From the NCBI RefSeq assembly GCF_009914755.1, contig NC_060944.1: a DNA stretch of 64,000 nucleotides, one strand, 5' to 3'. Each line of letters starts with the position of its first letter. The first letter of the stretch is position 1. Shown piece after piece: positions 16,241 to 31,029 of this stretch. The position numbers and the translations under genes were made by a program. The stretch comes from the human T2T-CHM13v2.0 reference genome, Homo sapiens. Under the pieces are notes generated by a model. It saw only the letters and a list, made by a program, of their open reading frames with translations, was not told where the DNA came from and did not search any database.

Positions 16241-17939
16241 AATGCAAACACTGGATGCAGTCTCGTGGGGCACACTTCAAATCCGACAATCTGAGGGGCC
16301 TCGAAAAGGCACCCATCTCTGCCTGGTGTGAACACTCAGGAAAATGAGCACTGGGGAATCCGCTCTGATATTCTGGGGTTTGGAGTCTGGCTGTGTCCTT
16401 AACCCTCTGATACAAGAGCCACCACCAAGTGGTCCCCATGTAAGTGGGACCCCCACATCAAAAGCTTGAGAAAGTTCTTCTCTTTTCTAGTCTCTATCCT
16501 GCTGATGAGGCCAAGAAGAAAGTCTTGGCAGGTGCTACTTCACCTTTAATGCCGCTTCTGAAACTGCCCGTCACCCTCATTACAGTAGAGACACACTGGC
16601 TTTCTGGGAGGCAGCATCTTGCTGAAATTTAAAAACACGACTTGGTTTTCACTGTGTTTGGTTTTACAGTGATCCTTTGCCGAAGGCAATGGGTATTGGT
16701 TTTTTCCTTTACAGTCAGAATTTGGAGGTTCCTTTTAAAATAATATTTAAGCTTCAAAAATAAGTCCAGTTAAAGAAATTCTCAAGTCATAGATCAGAAC
16801 TGGGATGCTGCAAAAATTCTCTTGCTCCAGGCCAGAACCATGTCTTAATCCTCTTGCTGTCTCAGAGCCTGCTGGAGCCCCAGAGGCTCCCCAGAGGTTT
16901 AGATCAAATTAAATCAGTAAACCCTGGCAGAGCCCAAAGATTCTACTGCCTCCCTGAACAAAGGACGTCTGCAAACGAGACCTTTACCTCCATGTGCTTC
17001 CCTCTTATTCTTTTGGAGCGGAAGTCCAGCAAAAGTCCGTTGGTCTCAGAGGGCCATTGAGACACAGGGATGTCCCCAACTACTTTAAACATGTAATGAT
17101 AATTTAGGCCACTTACGAACTAGTATGGCCCTGGAAGCAGTTCCCCTGGGCATTTGATAATTCCAAATGACAGCTTAGGGAGTCAAATGCGTGCAGGGAA
17201 AGGAAAATTGAATATACGTGGTACAGCCCCGAACCCCCCAACCTTGCAATTAGGAAACAGAACAAGCCCCTCGTCTTGTGTATCTGGCACCAGTCCTCCC
17301 AACCGGACCCTAATGAGGATGGACGTCTGTTCTCTGTCCTGGGACTGGAAAGAATCCTGGGATTATCTCAGTCAAGAAGTCTCCAGCCCAGAGGGCTGTC
17401 AGAACTGCTGCACGGATGGGCAGAAAATAGCAAATGATAAATTTTTTAGGACCACCCGCTGCATGCCAGTTGTAGCAGAGACTGTGAGATAATGTATTGG
17501 GCTTTTTTGGGACATGCATTATTGATCTGGGTCTGTCTAGTGGTTTATAAAAAGCCTATCATGCCCCTCCCACAACCACCTTCCCATCCCTTGCCTCCTT
17601 CAAAACCCAGTGCTGCTGGTGGAAGAGGTCTGGCTTGTTTATAGAGGGCAAGACTTGTAGGCCCTAATCTATGCTGTGTAGTGCTATTGGGCAAGAGCTG
17701 ACACAGGCCACTGAACACCAGGGGCTCTAAACCCACCGCATCCACCTCCTAGAATTTATCCTTCAGAAGCACTCCCTTGTCTGTGCAACGATGCCTGTTT
17801 AAATTTCCAGCAACAATATCCGTAACAGTGAAAAACTAACAAACGCACACGCTACCAATCTGAAAACAACTCAATATCCATCCCAGGAATCTGGCTAAAT
17901 AGAGCAGTGGCTAAGATCACGCGTTCTGGGTTCAAATCT

Positions 17940-18233
17940 TGTTTTTCTCTTTTTTTCTAAGATGGGGTTTTGCTCTATTGCCCAGGCTAGAGAACAGTGG
18001 TGTGACCTAGGCTCACTGCAGCCTTGACCTCTTGGGCTCAAGTGATCCTCCACCTCAGCCTCCCATTAGCTGCTACTACAGGTGTGTGCCACCATCCTTG
18101 GCTGATTTTTACATTTTTTGTTAAGACGGGGGGGTCTCACTATGTTGCCCAGGCTGGTCTCGAACTCCTGGCCTCAAGTGATCCTCAGGCTCCCAAAATG
18201 CTGGGATTACAGGCGTGAGCCACTGCACCCAGC
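17940..18233 (-). mobile_element. AluJ inserted in a MIR
   Basis: Reverse Alu; MIR resumes at 18234 (tcaaatc repeated on both flanks). Confidence 0.9.
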
Positions 18234-18393
18234 TCAAATCATGTTTAATCACATTCTAGCTGTGCAAACTTGGACAAGTGACTTCTCTCTGCCTCAGTTT
18301 TTCCATCTGTCAAATGGAGAGAAGAAATCTCTGTATTTTAAGTCAGCCACGGCTTTCTTTGTTCTCCTCTCTCCTGTGTCTACTTCATACCTG

Positions 18394-18485
18394 CTATTGG
18401 TTTCCTTGTATCTGCATACGCTGTTGGTTTCCTTATATCTGCATATGCCTTTGCTTTCTTTTTATCTGCATACACTGTTGGTTTT
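18394..18485. repeat. 27-bp minisatellite, ~3.4 copies
   Basis: Units start at 18394, 18421, 18448, 18475; consensus ctgttggtttccttatatctgcatacg. Confidence 0.9.
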
Positions 18486-19645
18486 ATTCACAAGTCACAG
18501 ATGCAAAATTCAGTCAGATTCAGACATGAGACTTAGCTGGATCATGTTGCAAAAATGTGTTGTTCCTAAGAGTGGGTATTCAGCCACTCACCTGTTGATT
18601 CGGGCCCCAAATCTAGCGGCTGCCCTTGAAACGTATCTTTTCCATAACCCACATACCTAACCCACTGATCAGTTTATTTCCCAAATATACATCAGGTGGG
18701 ACCGCATCTCAGCACCCGGGTCTGAGCTTCCATCATCACTGCCCTATCACCCCATCGGCCTCTGAATGAGTGTCCTGTTTCTGCCCTTACCCCTGCGATT
18801 TAATTTCATCAAAAGAGCTGGGGGATCCTGTTAGAACCTAAGTGAGGTCACGGCCTTCCTCTTCTTAAGGCCCCCTCATCCATGTCTATTTTACTAAGAA
18901 TCAAACTCAAAGCCCCCACCATGGCCACAAGGCCTGGTGCAACCCGGGCCAAGTCAGCTCCTCAGCTTCATCTCTCTCCATCACGGCCCCAGCTCCCTCC
19001 ACTCCGGCTCCCTGGCACTTTTTTTTTTTGCTCCAAACCACCGAGCCCATTTCTATCTCAGTATCTTTGAATTTCCTGTTCTCCTCACCTGGAATGAGCC
19101 TCCCTTAGTTCTCTGGCTCCTGACACAGTGCACTGAATGCAACAAATGCGTAATAAACATCTGCTGGATGAATGAACAAACGTGCAGGGCATCGGAAATT
19201 CTAAGCATGACTATAGCCGAAACAGCGTCGGGGCTACACAATGTGAGACCAAGAAGCTCTGAGGTCCAGGTGCTGCCTGCAAGACCCCTCTGCAAAATTC
19301 TTCAAGAAACGAAACACACCTCTCTGGCCACAGTCTGCAGACTCCCCATAGTTATCAAATGCGCCTCATTCTAAATGCTGCCAGGAGATAGGTATCCTAT
19401 GTGTCAAATTGTCAATAAAAGCTCTGGGCTCTGATTGCTTCCTGGCTACAAATTCTTTCTGCACTGAGAAGCTCCCGGAGGAAAAAAACTATACTTGTGA
19501 TCATTAATACAAAGCATTGCAAGGAACAACTTGGTTTTATGTAAATTGCCTTTTCCTGGTAGCTAAAAGACAAATTCAGGTTGTCAAGGCTAACCTAGTC
19601 AACCTTCACATTTGTTGCCACCAACAACACGCTGTTATCCTTTAA

Positions 19646-20104
<459 letters not shown>

Positions 20105-20292
20105 TAGAGACCCCTAACCTTGAGGACCCAGTTGTGACCCCAAACACGTGTGGGTGGCCCGTGTCTTGGTTTCAATGTACTCAAAAGTGAGCATGACGCA
20201 TCAACACCACCGCCTTGCCTCAGGAGCCTCAGCCTAACCCAGGGACCCTGCTCCGAGGGGCCGAGGTGCCACCCTGGGGCCCCGAGGCTTAC

Positions 20293-20467
20293 CCAGCTCC
20301 ACATCCTGGTCGTCCGTCAGCACCAGGATGATGTTGGGGCGGATGTTCCTGCGGTCCCTCTGAAACCTGCCTTTCAGGCGGTGGTGCGACAGGAAGGCCG
20401 AGCTTCCACCCAGCAGGGAGAACACAGTTGCGGACAGCAAGCACAGCACGAGGCTCGGGGGGCCCAT
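20293..20467 (-). CDS. SULF2: SULF2 exon 2 coding part (codons 1-58 plus 1 nt): signal peptide and sulfatase N-terminus
   Basis: [58 protein letters not shown] matches the SULF2 N-terminus; [10 protein letters not shown] is the sulfatase metal-binding motif; strong Kozak AAGATGG; donor CTGG|GTAAGC at 20293/20292; in-frame TGA 48 nt upstream (20515-20513) supports this ATG as the start. Confidence 0.98.
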
Positions 20468-20567
20468 CTTCTTTTTTTGCTGATCTGGTGCTTCTTTTGG
20501 GATGCGGGAGTCTCAAGTTGCGTCTGTGGCTTTGTTTCTTTTCCCTCGTCCCTCTTCACTCGCAGAT
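20468..20567 (-). other. SULF2: SULF2 exon 2 5'UTR part (100 nt, purine-rich, no upstream ATG)
   Basis: Acceptor cctgattcttcctcctcctctag|ATCTG at 20568/20567 with polypyrimidine tract and ctgat branch-like motif. Confidence 0.9.
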
Positions 20568-21266
20568 CTAGAGGAGGAGGAAGAATCAGGTCAATATTTA
20601 TGTCAAGGCTGCCGGCTGCTCATTCTTGCATAATGATTTGTATGGCGGCTGGCATGAACAATGGGAGTTTCTTTGAACAGGGGTGGCTATGGCAGAGTGA
20701 AAACCGAACTCCGCTGAAGTTAGCAAAGTCTTTACAGTTTGCTTGGTCAACAGACTGGCAGAAAAGCCTTCTGTGGCCACTTCTGCAGAAACAATTTCTT
20801 CCCTGGATCCAGTGAGCCTCTGATGTGTCGGTGGCAGCCCAAGACCCGAGTCAGATAACAGCCGTCTCTGAATAATCCACCCAACTCCACAGACAAATCG
20901 TCCCCAGGGAGAGGAACAGCAGCGGGCTGGTCTCAAGGGGTGAATATTTGCCGTCCTCTTGCATCTGCCCGCACCGTGGGGTACAGAGGTGAGGGAGATG
21001 AAGTTCCAGCTCCCCAGCAGCGGGGGATTCAATCAGGGGTTTAAACGAGAGCCTGGAGCTGGATGTTTTGGGCTGGACAACTGGCATGTGTGAGTGGCAG
21101 ATCTTCCACTCACTGGCTCAGTTTTCCCGTGAGCAAGCCCGTTTGGAACCTCGGTTTCCCCATGAACAAAATGAGTAGACAGGGCTGTTGTAAGATTTCA
21201 GTCTGCTGGGGATGCGTGTGAAAGCCCCTTGTTAAGGGATCTTGTAGTTGGGCAAAAAAGTATTCC

Positions 21267-21599
<333 letters not shown>

Positions 21600-22281
21600 T
21601 GAAATGACAATAGAGAAAATTGAGCGCTAAAAGGTGGAGGGGGAAGACCTGCCACAGGCCACTGTGCCCTCAGTCACCCCCCTGGCCCCAGGTCAGACTA
21701 GGTCACCAGCGAAGGTGGGTGCGGGGAGGTGGGGACGCGACTCTGGCTCAAGCAGGTCTCTAATCTCGCCCTGCTCTTTGCTCTCCGTGGTCATTTTTTC
21801 ACTTCTTGAGGAAATGAGCCTTCAAGTCCTGTCCAGATATAGACTTTTGGTATCATTTATTTAAAACAAGAGAGCATGAGCGAGAGAGCCACAGCCTGCA
21901 GATGTGCCGGGAGGAAGCCAAGTGCTGTGGGGGTGGCTGTGTTGCTGTGACCTTGAAAGGGTCTGTTTGTCCTTGCCCTTCATGGGGAACCCCAGCCATC
22001 AGCTCAAAGTCATGACTCAGAGGCTCAGCAAGGTCTCCGGGTTCAGCAGGGGGATGTGCTGCCTGCTTCATCTCTCCTGGGGACTGCAAGGTGGCCTGAG
22101 GGGTCTCCCGCCTCCCTCTTCCCTGCCCCCATCCTCCATTTTCCCAGGGCAGCCGGAGGAATCTTCCTAAAATACAGATCAGATCACAGCACTGGGCAGG
22201 GGAGGGCACAGTGCCTCGTGCAGGTACAGACTGAAGGGGGTGCTCGCTCCCAGGCTGCACAAGTGCCAGGCACTCGCCTCA

Positions 22282-22848
<567 letters not shown>

Positions 22849-24904
22849 TCAAAAGAACAAACGTCATCACCTCAGAGAGGCCTGCCCTGGCCACCCTATT
22901 TAAAGCGGGGGCCCCCAACCCAGGCACTCTGCATTTTATAACCGGTTTTATTTCTCTTGTAATCACTACTGCAGCCTGCAATTTCTTATTTATTGTCCAA
23001 TTCTTCCCCACTAGGGGGTCAGCTCCCTGAGGACAGAGACAGGCTTATGTTATTCATGGCTGTCTCCAGGCCTTGGCACAAAGAAATAGATAAATAAAGG
23101 AACGGAGGTTCTGCTAAGGTCCTTTGAGTTCTGCAGAGTGAGGGAAGCTGGACTTGGCAGGGCCGTGCCATAGCTTGGGTCTACATGGCTCAGAGGCGTC
23201 CATCACTGATGCCTTGCCCCAGCCACCCTCCATGGACACCAACGAGGAGCTGGCCACTGTGTTCTCTGGGCAGCGCTATGGTTGAAAAACCCCAGGAAGG
23301 GTCACTCCTGCTCCATTTCTCCCCCAGCTCTGCTTGGCACCCTGGGAGGCTGAGCTCTACAGATGGCACGGTCGGCACGTCCCTGCTCTCTGGCTTCCGG
23401 CTGGGAGGCTGCAGCATGGGAGGTGGTGGGAAGTCCGTGCATTTATTCTCCTCCCGCACGCAGTAGCTCCCCAGGCAGTAGCCTTCGTGTCTGTGTGTGT
23501 GGATGCAGCTCCTGCCTGGGGCCCCTCCTGGCTCTAGCGTCTCCCCAGTTCTGAGTTCACCTCTCCCTCCTCTTGCCCCATCAAGTCTCGGGAAAGTAAG
23601 GGCTCCTGTTGCTACCGGTTCCTCGGTGCAGCATCATTTCTTTGCTCCCTTTGCCCACCTGCCTCTGAAAACAGTGCTTTCAATCAACTCTCCCAGCTGC
23701 CCTGATGCGCACCCTAATTTACTTCATTCAGGGACCTGTATCCTATGTCAGGCTGGCCAGGACAGCAAGTCTCCCTTCTAGCACCTCCCCTGGGAGCAGG
23801 AAGCAGGCTCCGCTCAATGCCTCCTTCCCAGGTGGCTCTGAGAGTCACAATTTCAGGGGAGCTGGGGACACACTCGATGCAGTCGTCTGACATGAGAACT
23901 GTGAGTTTCATGGGACCAGAGGGTGAACAACACCTTCCTTCTCAATCTCTCGTCTGCAGAAACATACACCTCATGACAGCCAGAGCCACTGCGGCAACTG
24001 CCTGCTGGGCACCTGCTTTATGCCACGTGGTGTGATGGTTAAGGATGTGGACTTTGGAGTTACTTGCTGAAAGACCCTGAGCTAGTAACTTAACACCTTT
24101 GTGCCTCAGTTTCCTCATCTGTGAAATGGGTGTGCAGGATTAAATGTGTTGATACAGTGTGCTGGGACTAGAGCCTGGCCATAGTACTAACTGGGATACA
24201 TATTCCACAATGTAAACCATTATTAGAGTGATCCTACCGCTGCAGCTGTCCTGCGTCAGGCACTCTGAAATCTCCTTCAACCTCCACCAAGGCTCCCTCC
24301 TGCAAGTACTATTATTAGCCCCAGAGAAAACTGAGGTTTCATTACTGTCCTAAGGCCACCCAGACAGAAGATGGCAGGGATGGGATGTGAATTCTGCCCT
24401 CCCTCACCGTTCAATGTGGGCTTCTCATCACGAAACTCGGATTTCCCAACTCTTTCCGTTCAAGGACCACGGCCCTGATTTCTGCTGAATCTGCAGAGCC
24501 CTTCAGTGATTATTTGCTTAACGTGCTTCTTTAAATGGCCTCATTTTAAAATAAAAACACAAACACATGTTTTGGGAAAAGAAAACTTCCTACCCAAAGA
24601 TAAATGGAAAGTGGACATCGCTTCCCTGTAGAGCTAATTGTACAAATAAAAGTCAAAGAAAGCTGAATCAGTGGAACTTGATGCAAATAGCTTCCCAGGC
24701 TTCGCGTGCCCTCTCGCTCGCACTCTCTTTTGAAGTGAGATTAGCAGGTGTTGAAAGGAGTCAAAGCACATTAGCACCATCTGAGACTTTCTGCTGGAGG
24801 TAACTGGAGGCTGCCAGACAGCTGAAAAGGAGACAAACTCTAGCCATCGAATCAGTCCCTGAACCACCCCAAATCAGAGTAATCCTCAAACTATGTTGTG
24901 TATC

Positions 24905-25262
24905 TGATATGGTTTGGCTGTGTCCTCACCCAAATCTCATCTTGACTTGTAGCGCCCATAATTCCCACGTGTTGTGGGAGGGACCTGGTGGGAGATAATT
25001 GAATCATGGGGGTGGTTCCCCCATACTGTTCTCATGGTAGTGAATAAGTCTCATGAGATCTGACGGTTTTATAAAGGGTTTCCCCTTTTGCTTGGTTCTC
25101 ATCTTCTTTTGTCTGCCATCACATAAGACGTGCCTTTCACCTTCCACCATGATTGTAAGGCCTCCCCAGCCACATGGAACAATGAGTCCATTAAATCTTT
25201 TTCTTTTAAATTACCCAGTCTCGGGTATGTCTTTATCAGCAGCGTGAAAACAGACTAATACA
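24905..25262 (+). mobile_element. THE1 (THE1C-like) solo LTR
   Basis: TGATATGGTTTGGCTGTGTC...CTAATACA; 5-bp TSD gtatc/ttatc. Confidence 0.92.
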
Positions 25263-26556
25263 TTATCAGTGGCCCATGTCCCTCCATCGGGAAACACTAC
25301 GGGATGCTTTGCACTTGAAACTACGATTGCAGCAGCCAGCGTTCTAAGATGCACATTCACGTTCCTTCAGAGAGACAGACGTGGAGTGCTAATATTGGGA
25401 GAATTCCGATGGGGTGCCCTACAAATAGCAACTCTCTGAAACCAGAAACCAATCACAGGAAAACCTTTCTGAAAGCTTGCAGCACACTCCAGTCTCTGCT
25501 CTGAGCTGTTTGCAGGTGTCAACCCAATTAATATGCACACCCACCCATCAATATTTCACCCATTTTATGGATGAAGAAGCTGAGGCACAGAGAGTTAAAA
25601 TCACTTTCCCCCGATCATATGGGTAAGTGGCAGAGAAGGGGTTCAAACCTAGTCTGGCCCGATTTGGGCAGCTCAACCAGGACCCCCTAGAAGCAGATCT
25701 TTGAACAAGTTCCTAAGAGTCTCCCAGCCTCAGTTTCCTCATTTGCCAGGTGGCCAGGTGCCCTCTGAGGGCCTTTTTGGCCCTGGGCCTGTGATGCCAG
25801 GGTACAGGGGGGCTGGGAAGGGCAGTCTTCATTGGGAGCCCTGGGCTGGGTAAAGATGGAGCCCGGGGCACAGTCAGCTGGACTTCGTTCCTGGCTCCCA
25901 TGTTGGTTTCAGAGCACCCCCCACTCCTGGGCGGCTATCACCCGCTCTCCTCTGGATGGAAGTCAAAGCTCCGGCACCAGAAGCCAGAGAATAACAGGAG
26001 CTAATTATTTCATCAGATCAAGTCATCAGTGGGTCGATTTCTGATGAATTCCCCTGGCTCAGACTTCTCGTGGCCTCATGCCAGTTTCTCTCCGGATGCT
26101 GAAGAAATCAATTAAAGATGACACAAGGGATTCTGCCTTGTTTTTTTTCCTTTTTCTTGGTAAAATATTCAAAGTGGCTGAACCGAGAGAGCACCCAGTG
26201 AACTCACGCAGCACCAGCCGCCTGCCACTCCATCCCTGCTGTGGACAACACCTCTCCTTCCCACCAGTTCCTTTCCAGGTCTCTCTGGCTCCTCCTCTCC
26301 ATCCTGAGTCTTCTCCAGGACCTTGGCAAAGGCTCGCCAGCCCAGGAGACATCTCTGGAAACAGCTAACGTCCTGAGCATTTAGAAACATCATTTTTAGT
26401 TCTCAATTTCTCTGCCGATCTGCAGAGAGGAACGGGTCTCAGAGTGACTGATGCCCTCACCTTCCCAATGCCACAAACCACAGCGGTGAACAAACACCTG
26501 GGACCTCATCCAGACCTGTTTAGAAAGACCCAGATGGGCTGTTTTCCTCTGAGGAT

Positions 26557-26885
26557 CTCCAAATCCAACAAGAGGAGGAGAGAGAAGTTTGGGAACAATC
26601 AGGCAGCTGAGGTGGTGGGAGAGGAAGAAGGGGCCAGAGGCAGAAGGAGGCACTGGTCAGATGGTAAATGTCCATGAAAGGCGGGAAGAAAGCAAACTGT
26701 GGGTGTGCAGATACGTCCCACGGGCTGGGGCCAGAGCCCCGCAACAGACCTAGCGGCCTCCCCAGGTGGTCCAGAGAACCTGATCATTTCTCTCTCTTCC
26801 TTCTTTCACTTTACAAATACGTATGAAGGACCTCCTATGAGGCACAGTGTTCAGTGATAGGAGAATCCTGCCTGGATTCCAACAG
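26557..26885 (+). repeat. Local duplication, copy 1 (~330 bp)
   Basis: Direct repeat of 28148-28175 plus 28501-28800. Confidence 0.93.
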
Positions 26886-28147
26886 CCTCCTAACTGGTTT
26901 CCCTGCTTCTACCTCGTCCCTTCCATCAAGCAGCCAGACAGATCCTGTTAAAACAAAAGCAAGGGCCTGCCTTCCTCCACTGAACGGCCTTCAATAACTT
27001 CCATCCCACGCAGAGTAAAACGCAAAAACCCTCCAAAGGGGCTACAAGAACCCACCCAACCTGCTCCATCACCTCTCCGACCTTATTGCCTTCCCCTCTC
27101 TCCCTTGCACACCTGGTTCCAGCCACACGGTCTCTGTACTGTTCCTTGCACATGCTAGCACAGCCCACCCCAGGGCCCTTGAACTTGCTGCTCCCTCTGC
27201 CTGGAGCCTTCATTCAGGTTATCTTCACCATCCCTTCTTCCCCCTCCTCAGGTCTTTGCTCAAATTTCACCTTGGCAGGTTAAAACCGAAATCTCTGCCC
27301 TCCCCAGTAGCACTTACCACCTCTCACAGCTAGCTCCTTTATTTCTTTGCGGATGTCCTCCAGCAGAATATCAGCCCCCTGAAGGTACAGGTTTTTGTCA
27401 TTTTTGTTCAGATCTATATCCTCAACAATTAAAACAATGCTTGGGGCATAGCAGGCATTCAAAATATTTACTGGCTTAACAAAGAATTATCTCCTGTCTC
27501 CTGGTAACAGCCCCTGTTAGTGCTTTGAGGCCACAAGTGCTCTTATTTCCCACCCCCCCTTATATATGGTTTGACTGCAGGGCAGCGCATGTGAGCCAGG
27601 TGGAGCCAATCAGCAATTCCAGCTCTAGCTTCAGCGATTGGTCCTGGGGCAGACATGTGACCCAAGTCTGGCCAATAAGCGAGAGGGAGTCCTGGAGGCT
27701 GGAGGAGACTGTGCTGGGTGCCAGGAGGCATGAATATGGTGCTGATGGTGGCCGCCCATTGGATGGAGCCCGAGAGAGAGGATGCTGGTGACAATGGGGT
27801 GGACCAAGTTGCATCTTGTAGCCAGGTACAGACTCAAAAAAGTGCCCTTTGCTGCTTAAGAGAGTCCGAATTAGGGCTGTCATTTGCAACAGGGAGCACC
27901 CAGACCAACACAGGAAACACCCTAGAAGAACAATAATGAATGATAGCTAACATCAGGGGCCCTGCACAATTCTAAGCACTTTTAGTGTGTGACCTCACGC
28001 CACCCTTACAACCACCTTGTGAGTTGGGATGCTCCATTTACAGACAAGGAAGATAAGGCACGGACAGGTTCCAGAACCTGCCCAGTGTCGTGCAGCATGG
28101 GTGCTGAATACTGTCCCTTTGGTCCTCCCTTCCCATCTTCTCTCCAC

Positions 28148-28800
28148 CTCCAAATCCAACAAGAGGAGGAGAGAGGGCTGGGCGCGGCAGCTCACGTCTG
28201 TAATCCCAGCACTTTGGGAGGCCAAGGCGGGCGGATCACGAGGTCAGGAGATCGAGACCATCCTGGGTAACACGGTGAAACCCCGTCTCTACTAAAAAAA
28301 ATACAAAAAAATTAGCTGGGCGTGGTGGCGGGCGCCTGTAGTCCCAGCTACTTGGGAGGCTGAGGCAGGAGAATAGCGTGAACTCAGAGGTGGAGCCTGC
28401 AGTGAGCCGAGATCGAGCCACTGTACTCCAGCCTGGGTGACAGAGCGACACTGCCTTAAAAACAAAACAAAACAAAACAAAAAAAAAAAACAGGAGAGAG
28501 AAGTTTGGTAATAATTAGGCAGTTGAGGTGGTGGGAGAGGAAGAAGGGGCCAGAGGCAGAAGGCGGCATTGGTCAGACGGGAAACACTCATGAGAGGAGG
28601 GAAGAAAGGAAATTGTGGGTGTGCAGATATGTCCCACGGGCTGGGGCCAGAGCCCAGCAACAGACCTGAGGGCCTCCTCAGGTGGTCCAGGGAGCCTGAT
28701 CATTTCTCTCTTCCTTCATTTACTTTACAAATATTTATTAAGGGCCTGCTATATGTGAGGCAGTGTTCAGTGATAGGAGAATCCTGCCCGATTACAACAG
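28148..28800 (+). repeat. Local duplication, copy 2, interrupted by AluY
   Basis: About 85-90 percent identical to copy 1 by manual alignment. Confidence 0.93.
28176..28490 (+). mobile_element. AluY
   Basis: Y diagnostics (gatcacgaggtcaggagatcgagaccatcctg), CpG-rich; TSD aggagagag at 28167-28175 and 28492-28500. Confidence 0.95.
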
Positions 28801-30468
28801 TAATCCACTCTTCCCTGTCCCCTGGGAGGTTCACTTGGATGTGCCACCTCCAAGTGACAGACAAAACAAGCAAGCCAGCATGGCTATTTGCACACAGACA
28901 TTCTGACCCCAGAGCCTACTCTTTTGACACTTATGCTGACTTGGAAAGCAACAAGTGATACAAGGGACTGAGGTTAAGTGTGTTGTATAAACAGCAAGAG
29001 GAAAGGGGAAACTGCTGGCCTGGGAGCAGTCAGGGAGGGCTTCCTGGAGGAGTACTTAGCATAAACTGAGCAGCCTAACAGGAGCAAAGTTCTGAAGAAT
29101 CCAAAGGATTTGGATGGCCAGTGAAGAGGAGGGTGGAGGACAGGATGCTTCAGGCAGGAGAAACAGTTTGGGCAAAGAGCAGGCAGAGGAAACAGAGAGA
29201 GGCCCCTGGAGGGATGGGAAAGTGTGGTCCCAAACCTCACAAGCCCAGAAGCTGTCTAGACAGGGGATGACACACGCACATCTGTTAAACTTTACACTCC
29301 CCTGTGTCTCCCTTTCTTCCTGGCTACAGGCTTTCTCCAGCCTTCTCTCCTCCTCTTTGGGGCCGTCAAAGAAAGGACAGAAGCTCCTGTAACCTATGGG
29401 CCACAGCTTCTCCCTGTCTCCCCTACCTAGCCCAGGCCATCTTGTGGCTCTCCTTGCCTGTTCTTGGAATTCCAAATGGAGGCAGAGAACCAAGCCGGCT
29501 CTCAAGAACAGGGCAGGAGACAATAGAAGGGTCATTCAGAGGGAGGAGGGAAAGATCAGGTTTCAAGACAAAGGCTCAGGATCTGGAAAGGAAATTAGGG
29601 CATAAAGATTGTAGGGCAAAAATGCAGGGCTTAGGAACCCAGTTACCTGCCTAACTATTGATGTAACAAGACATTCCTGAAGGCTCGTGTGTGCCAGGCA
29701 CAGTTCTTGGCACTGTGGATAAAGCAGTGAAAAGAAAGCTCCCTGCCCTCCTGGAAGTGATACTCTAAGTCAACATAGGAAAAGCTGGAGTTGAAAGATT
29801 CCAGCTACATGTGAGAATGATCAGAAAAGAGGACTGGAAATAATGGCAAACCACCGGCAAGCTGTGAGAACAGAGTGGCCATGGATTAAAGTTAGAGCAC
29901 AAAGGAAATTTAGAAACAATGTATTCAAGTCTTAGGAAGCTGAGCACCAAAATGTTTTGTATGTCAAGTGGGTAGATGTTTGACAGGCCATATAATTCAC
30001 ACCCTCAAATACCTGAGCATCTGCCACTTGCTTTGTACTGTTTCATGATCAGTAGAAAAAAAAAAAAAGAACAGACAAAACTCTCGATTCTCAGAGAGCT
30101 GACAAACAGCGGACAGAGGTAAGCAAACAGCCTGATACTTACTTGGGGGAAAATGCCACAGGGAACACGCTGAGTAGGAGGAGGGTAGGATCTAGAGCTA
30201 GCCTGCCTGGGTTTGGATCTCAGCTCCGTCACTTACTAGAGGTTGGGCAAGTGTCTGAACCTCTTGTCTTCTCAGTGACTTCATCTGGAAAGTGAGGACA
30301 CCTACAAGCACTTGCCTACAGAGTGGATGGTTTAACATGCACGGAGACTTTCAACAGATCTGTATGCAGCAAGTGCCCAATAAATGCTGGCTTGTGTTCT
30401 CTGCTAGGTTTGGGCCACCCAGGATTATCTCCTTTCTATAACAGCTCCCAATTTTCTTGGGAGTCTGA

Positions 30469-31029
<561 letters not shown>

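Noticed and set aside
18394-18485. CRISPR-like or coding repeat (LLVSLYLHT repeats in the 180-aa ORF)
   Set aside because: Head-to-tail units without spacers in a primate intron; the ORF begins in an Alu.
20234-20292. ORF-track continuation [19 protein letters not shown]
   Set aside because: Intronic read-through past the GTAAGC donor.
20468-20567. N-terminally extended SULF2 from the repeat uORF
   Set aside because: The frame matches only with the 48471 donor, and the in-frame TGA at 20515-20513 blocks read-through.
20150-20815. 221-aa ORF antisense to exon 2
   Set aside because: Shadow of the coding exon on the opposite strand; GTG start and no independent support.
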